Positions 50,687-60,000 of a stretch of DNA of 60,000 nt are shown here, piece by piece; the first letter of the stretch is position 1, and every line of letters starts with the position of its first letter. The stretch covers positions 2,048,001-2,108,000 of the forward strand of contig CM075992.1 in the NCBI GenBank assembly GCA_038087875.1, in the 5' to 3' direction. The DNA is from Malacoraja senta. Lineage: Eukaryota. Below the pieces are notes generated by a model. The model was given only the letters and a program-made list of their open reading frames with translations, ran no database searches and was not told the origin of the DNA. Position numbers and translations under genes: made by a program.

Positions 50687-50961
50687 ATATCGCTGACCCC
50701 TTCTCCCACATGCCGCAGTCTCTGGACGAAGCCAACCCCGACAGCTGGGATCTTGCTGACGATGCCGCCAGCTACGATGCGGCCAGCTGGAGGTTCCTGG
50801 TGGGATTCGGGGATGAGGGCAGGAGCCGGAGGAGCATCTCCAATGACGTTCTGGAGGCTCTGAGGAGCACGGATAGGAAGGGGAGGGATGTGGTGGTGGC
50901 TCTGTCTAATGCCTGCTGTAAGTGGGGGTGCACCAAGAGTGAGATTAGCTCGCTCTGCTAA
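50687..50961 (+). CDS. RLN3: Relaxin-3 exon 2 (C peptide + A chain)
   Basis: ctgcag|AT ATC GCT GAC... = DIADPFSHMPQS...RSRRSISNDVLEALRSTDRKGR-DVVVALSNACCKWGCTKSEISSLC-stop. Insulin-family A chain CC-3X-C-8X-C; the spliced product is 149 aa. Confidence 0.97.
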
Positions 50962-51294
50962 TACCTTCGCCCCCAAACGTCCACTCCTCCATCTCCTGCT
51001 CCCCAATACGCAAGACCCAGAAACTGGTGGGGTCCACGCTGGCATCTTGAATGCAAACATCCTGCTTGTGAACTCCAGATCACACACACAGCATGAAATG
51101 TGTGGCAGCTTGCGGCAAAATCAAACCTCATCCATTCATGTTCCAGAGACCAGTGTCCTTAGAGTGAGTGATGTTGTTCGATTAAGTGCAGGTCATTCTC
51201 TTTGTGTCCCTGGACTCTGCTGCTAAACACTCATTGTGTATCTGTTATGTTTCACTGCCGGAGTACAATATATATCTGCTGTACAGTTTCTTTT

Positions 51295-51300
51295 ATTAAA
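51295..51300 (+). terminator. Candidate RLN3 polyadenylation signal ATTAAA
   Basis: ATTAAA about 335 nt after the stop codon in an AT-rich context, ahead of the CA-rich minisatellite. Confidence 0.5.
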
Positions 51301-51399
51301 AAATGACATTTGTCACCATCCATTCGAATTTAGTCTCAATGTTAATGTCAAAGTATAAATAAGAAAATTGCTAAGTGCAGTCTCAGAAGTCAATAACAT

Positions 51400-52148
51400 T
51401 GACACTGTCACACAGTCACACACACACTGACATTCACTTTTACACTGTGACACAGTCTCACACATACTCACACTGTAACAGTCCCACACACACACTGACA
51501 CCTACACTGTAACACACTGACTCATACTGTCACACAGTCTCACACACTGACATTCACTTTTACACTGTGACACAGTCTCACACACACACACTCGCACTGC
51601 AACAGTCTCACACACACACTGACACCTACACTGTAACACAGTCTCACACATACTCACACTGTAACACAGTCTCACTCACACACTGACACCTACACTGTAA
51701 CACACTGACTCATACTGTCACACAGTCTCACACACTGACATTCACTTTTACACTGTGACACAGTCTCACACACATACTCGCACTGCAACAGTCTCACACA
51801 CGCACTGACACCTACACTGTAACACAGTCTCACACATACACTCACACTGTGACACAGTCCCACACACACACTGACTCACACTGTCACACAGTCCCACACA
51901 CACTGACACTGTAACACAGTCTCACCCACACTCACACTGTAACACAGTCTCACACACACTCACACTGTAACAGTCTCACACACACTGACCTACACTGTAA
52001 CACAGTCTCACACACACTGACACTGTAACACAGTCTCACACACACTCACACTGTAACACAGTCCCACACACACTGACACAAAGTCCCACACACACTGACA
52101 CAAAGTCCCACACACTGACTGTCACAGTCTCACACACACTCACACTCA
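51400..52148. repeat. CA-rich minisatellite (CACACTGTAACACAGTCT-type) with higher-order duplication
   Basis: Directly visible downstream of RLN3; the block CACACTGACATTCACTTTTACACTGTGACACAGTC recurs three times. Confidence 0.92.
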
Positions 52149-52412
52149 CGGTGTACAGTTCCTCCAGCTGTCCTTAACTGAGATAACAATGGTATCAAGT
52201 AAAACACAATATCTTTAAACTCAGGGGAAAAGATAAGAAAACTAAGAGGATGTGTTTGGAAAATGGGAATGAAAACAAAGTCCAGATTTGTGCTTTGCAT
52301 CTTTAGAAACTTTTGAAAATAAAATTCAAATTTAAAACAGTTCTTTTTGCAGTGAACTAAAAATTAAAATAATGTCAGAGGAATAGAGAAAAAATAGGTG
52401 GAGCTTGACGCA

Positions 52413-52444
<32 letters not shown>

Positions 52445-55400
52445 CCCCTCCCTCCCTCTCTCCCTCTCCCTCTCTCTTTCTTTCTCTCTCTCCTGCCAAA
52501 CCTCATGTGATGCTTTAAAACTCAGAGCTTTCAATTTAAACCAGTTCAGAAATGACTCATCCTCAAGTATTAAAGAGACGAGCGAAATTAAAACACAATC
52601 ATACACACCATATGGAGAATGTAAAACGTACAGGCTTTAAAACAAAGGAATGCTGGAAGTTATAGATCATGCAAATACATTCAAACATTCCTGTATCACA
52701 CAAAGCCCAGAACTGACTCAGAGTTTTTTTCATTTTAAAATCTCTGACCCATAACAGAACTCAGAATATGAAACTTTCTAGTTGCACAACTTTGGGAAAG
52801 CGTCTGGTTTTACAGGAATTGAATCAGACTGCTGATTACTCATGGGATGGCATAAATAAAAGGGTTCCTTTTCTTCTGCCATCTTCACATCATGTCAGCT
52901 TGTTCAGTGATTAATAGCAGTAACTGGGATGTTCAGAAGGCCTTTGATAAGGTGCCGCCGCGAGGCCGCTAAAGAAGATCTGAGCCCGGGGTATTAGAGG
53001 GAATACACTACCAAAAGATGAGCTGAATGGCATAAGGCAAAGTGTGGAATAAAGGGTTTTTTCTCTGGTCGACTGCAGTGACTAGCGGTGTTTCGCAGGG
53101 GTCGGTGTTGGGTCTGCTACTTTTCACGTTGTTTATTAATGATTTGGATGATGGAATTGATGGCTTTGTGGCCAAGTTTGCGAAAGATACGAAGACAGGT
53201 GGCGGGGCAGGTCGCACAGAGGAAGCAAGGAGTCTGAAGGAGGACTTGGACAGGTTGGGAGAGTGTCAGAGAATCATAGAGACATTGAGTGATACAGTGT
53301 GGAAACAGGCCCTTCAGCCCAACTTGCCCAACATGTCCCAGCTACACGTCCCACCTGCCCCGCATTTGGTCCATATCCCTCCAAACTTGTCCTATCCTTG
53401 TACCTGTCTAACTGTTTCTTAAACGTTGCAATAGTCCCAGCCTCAACTACCTCCACTGGCAGCTCGTTCCATACACCCACCAACCTTTGTGTGAAAAAAT
53501 TACCCCTCAGATTCCTATTAAATCTTTTCCCCTTCACCTTCAACCTATGTCCTCTAATCCTCGATTCCCCTACTCTAGGCAAAGAAGTAGCAGATGGAAT
53601 ACAGAGTGTGGTCAGGCACTTTGGTTGTAATAAGTAGGAATCAAGGCATAGACTGTTTTCTAAATGAGGAGAGGATTCAGAAATTGGAAGTGCAAAGGGA
53701 CAAAAACAGAAAATTCTGGCTCATCAGCAGATCAGGCACGATCCATGGAAGGAGAAAGAGTTACCATTCAGGGCCTGGGATCTTTCATCAGAACTGGTCT
53801 CCTTAATCTAGGGTTCTGCAGCCACTGGCTGCCTGCCTATCTGATAAACAGTAAGGTAAGGCTCTCATGAAACCTATCAACGGAGCCAGCACACATAAGT
53901 CCCATGACTTGCTTCCTGGAAGATTTGGCCGCAGATATGTTTGCTGGCACATGGCAACCAGATTTTGAGGAAGGAAATTAAATCCATGCCATACAGTTCA
54001 CAAGGGTTACCCCTGCATTAAGAAACCAACTTCCTTCCCAGAGTGCAGGAAGAAACTGTAAATGCTGGTTTAAACCGAAGACAGACACAAAAAGCTTGAG
54101 TAACTCAGCGGGTCAGACAGCATCTCTGGAGAGAAGGAACAGGTGACATTTCGGGTCGAAGGGTCTCGACCCACATATTCCTTTTCTCCAGAGATGCTGT
54201 CTGACCCTCTGGCTTTTTGTATCCTCCTTCCAAGTTAACTCTCTCTCTCTCAACACATTACATAGAAGGTACAACACCTGAACACATGTCATTTAGCCAA
54301 ACCAAACCATGCCAGCATGTTGTCTTATCATTATAAGATCACAAGTGATAGGAGTAGAATTAGGCCATTTGGCCCATCAAGTCTATTCTGCCATTCAATC
54401 ATGGCTGATCTATCTCTCCCTCCAAACCCCATCCCCCGACCATGGGTGAACATCAAAGAACATCAGAGGAAGAGGACTGACTGGTGCCTTCCGTCACAGT
54501 GGGAAACTTTGATTCTGCTGTGTGGGGATGTTTTATGTTGGACTCTATCGTATGTTGTGTTCTTTATTTATTTGTATGGCTGTATGGTGATCACACATTT
54601 CACTGTGCCAACTGGTACATGTGACAAATAAATGTATCTTGTATCTTATATCTTCTCCGCATAACCCTTGACACCCATACTAATCAAGAATCTATCTATC
54701 TCTGCCTTAAATATATCCACTGACGGCCCCCACAGCCTTCTGTGGCAAAGAATTCCACAGATTCGCCACCCTCTGACTAAAGACATTCCTCCTCATCTCC
54801 TTCGTAAAAGATCGTCCTTTAGTTCTGAGAGTATGACCTCTATAACCTCTAGTCCTAGACTCTCCCACTAGTTGAAACTTCCTCCCCACATCCACTCTAT
54901 CCAAGCCTTTCACTATTCTGTACGTTTCAACGAGGTCCCCCCTCATTCTTCTAAAATTGTTCAAACATTCTCCCATTCTTAACATACTGTAAGTCTCTAT
55001 TACTCATCTACAGGCCCACTCAGCTTATCTTTTATACGTCAGGACTACTCACCTCCAGCACTCCCTGTGGAAGCATCTGCCACAATTCCACCACTCTCTG
55101 GGTATAGGCCTTTCATTGTAGATTCCATAGGGCAGGCAGGATCTATGAAGAGAGAGACAAACTTAATGTTTCAGATTGTTAAATTCTGATTAAAGATTAA
55201 TGACCTGAAATGATCTCTATTTCTCTCCCTGCTCATTAAATTATCAAACAATAATAAATTGATCTATATGAATTCTATTTTATCCAATAGTCGTGCAGCT
55301 GGAAGTGCTGTTTCCTCACAGTGCCAGAGACCTGGGTTCGATCCTCACCTTCTCCCTGTGAGAAGGTTAGGTTTCTTCCGGGTGCTCCGGTTTCCTCCTA

Positions 55401-55577
55401 CATCCCAAAAAACTTGTATGTTTATAGATTAATTGGTCTCAGTAAATTGTCCTGTGTGTGTTGGGAGTGAATAGGAAATTGGGATAATGTGGAATTAGTG
55501 TGAAAGGGTCAGCGATGGTTGGTGTGCCTGTTAAACTAAACTAAACTAAAGACTCAGTTTAGGAAGGAACTGCAGGT

Positions 55578-56006
55578 TCTCCGTGGATTGTCACCTTGTC
55601 GTGGTGGAGAAGCTTGTGTGGTCCTGAGGTCCTGAGAGCGATGCCGTCTGGAGCTATGCTCCTGGTAGAGCCACCCATGGCGGTAAGGTCGAGGGGGAGG
55701 TCTCTGACAAAGAGCAATCCAACCAAGACCTCAACGGTGGAACAGGCGGAGGATGATGGATGACCTTAGTGGAGCGTCACAACGGCTGGGAAGGCGGATG
55801 AAGGCTGCAGCAGAAAAGGGTCTCTGGTCGTCTTGGACTCCATGCCACTGGATCCTGACCCAGATCTGTCAAGGACCGTGGGTGGCTGTCTGTGCACCAG
55901 TCTCCCCACGTTAAACAAAGTCACGCACAGGCGTCCTCCATATGGGGAATAGCACCCTGGAGACACCCATGGTCAGCCATGACCGAAGGAGGCCTAAGAA
56001 GAAGAA
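55578..56006 (+). mobile_element. Short non-autonomous RTE-derived element (RTE-like 5' head, (AAG)n tail, 6-bp TSD)
   Basis: GCAGGT duplicated at 55572-55577 and 56007-56012. The head GGATTGTCACCTTGTCGTGGTGGAG...GACAAAGAGCAATCC resembles RTE/Rex3/BovB 5' ends. Confidence 0.65.
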
Positions 56007-56381
56007 GCAGGTGCCAGTTTACAACGAAGATAGACACAAAATGCTGGAGTAACTCAGTGGGACTGGCAGTATCTCCGGAGAGAAGGAATGGGTGACGTTT
56101 CAGGTCCAGACCCTTCTTCTCAACCCTAAACGTCACCCATTCCTTCTATCCAGAGATGCTGCCTGTCCCGCTGAGTTACTCCAGCATTTTTGAGTCTAAA
56201 GATTCAGTTTAATTGTGTTCTGGTTTTCTAAATGAGCTTCCTTAATCATGTAGTCCAGCATTTTCATTTTGACAAATGTGAGGCTACAGTTTCATTCTTT
56301 CCCCCTTCCTCCTTTGTGAGTTCAATAACTTACAATTGTGGTTTTGCAATTCACACGGACCTTTGCAGAATCTAGGGGATT

Positions 56382-58960
56382 TCAAGTCAAGTCAAGTCAA
56401 GTCAAGTGAGTTTATTGTCATGTGTCCCTGGTAGGACAATGAAATTCTTGCTTTGCTTGAGCACAACAGAACATAGTAGGCATTTACTACAAGGCATTCT
56501 ATAAATATATACACAATGGTCAATATACTGATAAAGTGCAAATAACAGTATTGGCTAGTAAAGTTCAGTGTTATGTCGGAGCCAGGTTTAATAGCCTGAT
56601 GGCTGTGGGGAAGTAGCTGTTCCTGAACCTGGTCGTTGCAGTCTTCAGGCTCCTGTACCTTCAACCTGAAGGTAGTAGGGAGATGAGTGTGTGGCCAGGA
56701 TGGTGTGGGTCCTTGATGATGCTGCCAGCCTTTTTGAGGCAGCGACTGTGGTAGATCCCCTCGATGGAAGGGAGGTCAGAGCCGATGATGGACTGGGCAG
56801 TGTTTACTACTTTTTGTAGTCTTTTCCTCTCCAGGGCACTCAAGTTGCCGAACCAAGCCACGATGCAACCGGTCAGCATGCTCTCTACTGTGCACCTGTA
56901 GAAGTTAGAGAGAGTCCTCCTTGACAAACCGACTCTCCGTAATCTTCTCAGGAAGTAGAGGCGCTGATGTGCTTTCTTAATAATGGCATCATTGTTCTCG
57001 GACCAGGAAAGATCTTCAGAGATGTGCACGCCCAGGAATTTGAAGCTCTTGACCCTTTCAACCATCGACCCGTTGATATAAACGGGACTGTGGGTCCCCA
57101 TCCTACTCCTTCCAAAGTCCACAATCAGTTCCTTGGTTTTGCTGGTGTTGAGGGCCAGGTTGTTGTGCTGGCACCATATGGACAGTTGCTCGATCTCTCT
57201 TCTATACTCTGACTCATCCCCATCAGTGATACGTCCCACAACAGTGGTGTCGTCAGCGAACTTGATGATGGAGTTCGCACTATGTCCGGCTGCGCAGTCA
57301 TGAGTATAGAGTGAGTACAGCAGGGGGCTGAGCACGCAGCCTTGAGGTGCTCCCGTGCTAATTGTTATCGAGTCTGACACATTTCCACCAATATGAACAG
57401 ACTGTGGTCTGAGAGTGAGGAAGTCGAGGATCCAATTGCAGAGGGATGCGCAGAGACCCAGTTCTGCGAGTTTGGTAACCAGCTTGGAGGGGATGATTGT
57501 GTTAAATGCCGAGCTGTAATCGATGAATAACAGCCTGACATATGAGTTTTTGTTGTCCAAGTGGTCAAGAGCGGAGTGGAGGGCCAGCGAGATTGCATCC
57601 ACCGTTGATCTGTTGTGGCGGTAAGCGAACTGCAGTGGGTCCAGGTTTTTGTCGAGGTAGGAGTTGATCTGCGTCATGATCAACCTCTCAAAGCACTTCA
57701 TCACCACAGGCGTTAGTGCCACAGGTCGATAGTCATTGAGGCACGTCACCTTACTCTTCTTGGGCACTGGTATAATTGATGCCCTTTTGAAGCAGGTGGG
57801 GACCTCAGACCTCAGAAGTGAGAGGTTGAAAATGTTTGTAAAAACTCCAGCCAGTTGGTCCGCACAGGTTTTTAGAACGCGACCAGGTATACCATCAGGT
57901 CCAGGCGCTTTTCGAGGGTTCACCCCTCTGAAGGATTTCCTGACGTCGGCCTCTGTGACTGAGACTGAAATACCATCACAGCGAATGGGGGCTCGGCAAG
58001 GCACATCGGTGTTCTCCCTATCAAAGCGTGCATAAAACGCATTGAGCTCGTCAGGGAGTGATGTTTCGCCGACATTCGAGCTGCCTCCTGATTTCGACTT
58101 GTAAGAGGTGATTGCATTCAGGCCCTGCCACAGCCGCCGAACATATGTCTCTTCCTCCAGTTTGGAGCAGAAGTCCCTTTTGGCCTTTTTGATGGCCTTA
58201 CCAAGGTCGTATCTGGACTCCTTGTAGGCCACTGTATCATCAGACATGAATGCCCGGTGTCTGGACTTCAGAAGAGTGCGGATCTCAAAGTTCATCCAAG
58301 GTTTCTGATTGGGAAACGCTCGGAAGGTTTTGGTGGGGATGCAGTCCTCCACACACTTCTTAATGAAGTCTATAACGACTGTGGCGTATTCGTTCAGGTC
58401 CGCAGCCGAGTCCTTGAACATTGCCCAGTCTACAGACTCCAAACAGTCCTGGATTTGTTCCTCTGCCCCCCCCCCGACCAGCTCTGCACTGTGCTCACCT
58501 CTGGGGGTGCGCTCTTTAATTGCTTGCCTGTAGGCAGGAAGAAGCAGCACCGCGGTATGGTCGGATTTACCGAAGTGAGGGCGAGGATAGAGCGATAGGC
58601 ATTCTTGATGGTGGTGTAGCAGTGGTCGAGGGTGTTTGATCCTCTGGTGCAGCAGGAGACATGTTGGTGGAAGTTAGGGAGTGATTTCTTTAGGTTTTGC
58701 CTTATTGAAGTCCCCGGCTATGGTGGGTAAACGCCTCGGGGGTAAGACGTCTGGTGTTTGTTGACCACGGCGTGCAGCTCCCCCAGTGCCAGACGGACGT
58801 CTGCCTGGTGTGGATGTAGACCGCGGTCAGGATGATGGAGGTGAATTCCCTCGGAAGGTAGAAGGGACGACACTTCACCGCCAGATGTTCGAGGTGTGGA
58901 GAGCAGAGTTGACAGGACTGCCACGTCTGAAGATTTCACAAAGTCGCAACCAATGCATCC
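56382..58960 (-). mobile_element. Rex1/Babar-like non-LTR retrotransposon, 5'-truncated (629-aa RT ORF)
   Basis: KAPGPDGIPGRVLKTCADQLAGVF...LNDYRPVALTPVVMKCFERL...LDPLQFAYR...FIDYSSAFNTI...GAPQGCVLSPLLY...KFADD, with frameshifted endonuclease remnants upstream and a (CTTGA)n tail. 3' copies at 10680-11040 and 30540-30970 (+). Confidence 0.88.
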
Positions 58961-60000
58961 AGTATTGAGTCTGAAGAAGGGCTCTCGACCCGCAACGTCA
59001 CCCATCCCTTGTCTCCAGAGATGCTGCCCTGTCCCGCTGAGTTACTCCAGCATTTTGAGTCTATTTTCATTGATTATCATTGCATTTTGCATATCTTCCA
59101 CACATTTGCCCTAGGTACCATCTTTAACTTTCGCCTACCTTCGATTTAAACCAGCATTTGCAGTTCTTTCCTACACATCCACTATCTGGTCCAGACCCTA
59201 AACGTTGCCTGTCCATTCCCTCCACAGATGCTGCCTGACCCCCTGGAATTCCTCCAGCACTTTGTAATATGCTCAAGATTCCAGCATCTGCAGTTCCTTG
59301 TGTCTCCATTCACTGCCTCTGTGACTATTTTGTATTGGACCCAAGGATGCATTCTATCACATCCAGGGAATCTGTCTCCCTTTTGCCCATTAGTCTGCCT
59401 GGTATTTTTTTCTCCTTTAATTATGATTGTTTTATGCTCCTCCCTCCCTGGAGGAGCATAAAACCGGAGGAGGCACTGTCCTGAACGGCTGCCTGTCCTG
59501 CAGCTGTCCGTTTTTACCCCTTCTTTTTTTAAATTATTTTTAGTACGTTGAGGGTGCAGTCAGGGGGCCTAATCTTTTTATGTGTGGGGGGTGGTGGGGG
59601 GGGAAGGGGGAAACTGCTTTTCGAGTCCCTACCTGGTCGGAGGGGTTGCCTTCCTCCGAGCAGCGCCTTCGACCTGTCCTTGCGGCCTACCAGCGGGTCC
59701 TGGAGCGACGTTTCCCTGAGGGGACCTGGCCAGAACATCGGCTTTGGCAGCGGTGCAGCGCTGGGGCGCTGTCGTGGAGCGGGCGATGCCTTTCCTGGGC
59801 CGCCGCGCTGGAACTCCAGTATGCTGGGACCGCCGTGGAGCCGCGGTTCTGTGGAGCGGCCCAGCTGCGACGCTGAACGTTACATCCCGGAGCCTGGGAT
59901 CTCTCGCTGAGATCGCCAGTGTGTGGAGCTCCGTCCGGCGCGGTCTGTTGGCTTGGAAGCCGCGGTCTCCGGTGGGAAGGCGGCCGTTCCTGGCACTCCA

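Noticed and set aside
51400..52148. CACTGTG heptamers resembling V(D)J recombination signals
   Set aside because: No nonamer at 12/23 spacing and no V/J segments; a by-product of the CA-rich minisatellite.

Overview
Eukaryotic, repeat-dense vertebrate DNA. The repeat content (HE1-like tRNA SINEs, CR1/HER1-like LINEs, very abundant Penelope-like remnants) points to a cartilaginous fish, probably a skate or ray; this is an inference. Two host genes lie on the + strand. (1) The 5' part of a PDE4A cAMP phosphodiesterase gene: a PDE4A10-like first coding exon (2184-2242), five shared UCR1/LR1/UCR2 exons (11471-20413) and a PDE4A1-type super-short first exon MPLVDFFCETCSKPWLVAWWGQ (26702-26767). 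I found no catalytic-domain exons, and a 200-N gap lies at 33001-33200. (2) A complete two-exon relaxin-3 gene (46823-46997 joined to 50687-50961, 149 aa). The rest is L1, L2, CR1, Rex1/Babar-like, RTE and Penelope-like fragments, SINEs, three TIR-bounded MITEs and micro/minisatellites. Most six-frame ORFs are repeat artefacts. Main points of interest: about 25 copies of a minimal hammerhead-ribozyme-like motif in Penelope termini, an Asp21->Gly change in the PDE4A1 TAPAS-1 motif, a 1-nt frameshift in a PDE4A exon, and the unexplained PDE4A-to-RLN3 arrangement. Protein comparisons are against sequences recalled from memory, not database searches.
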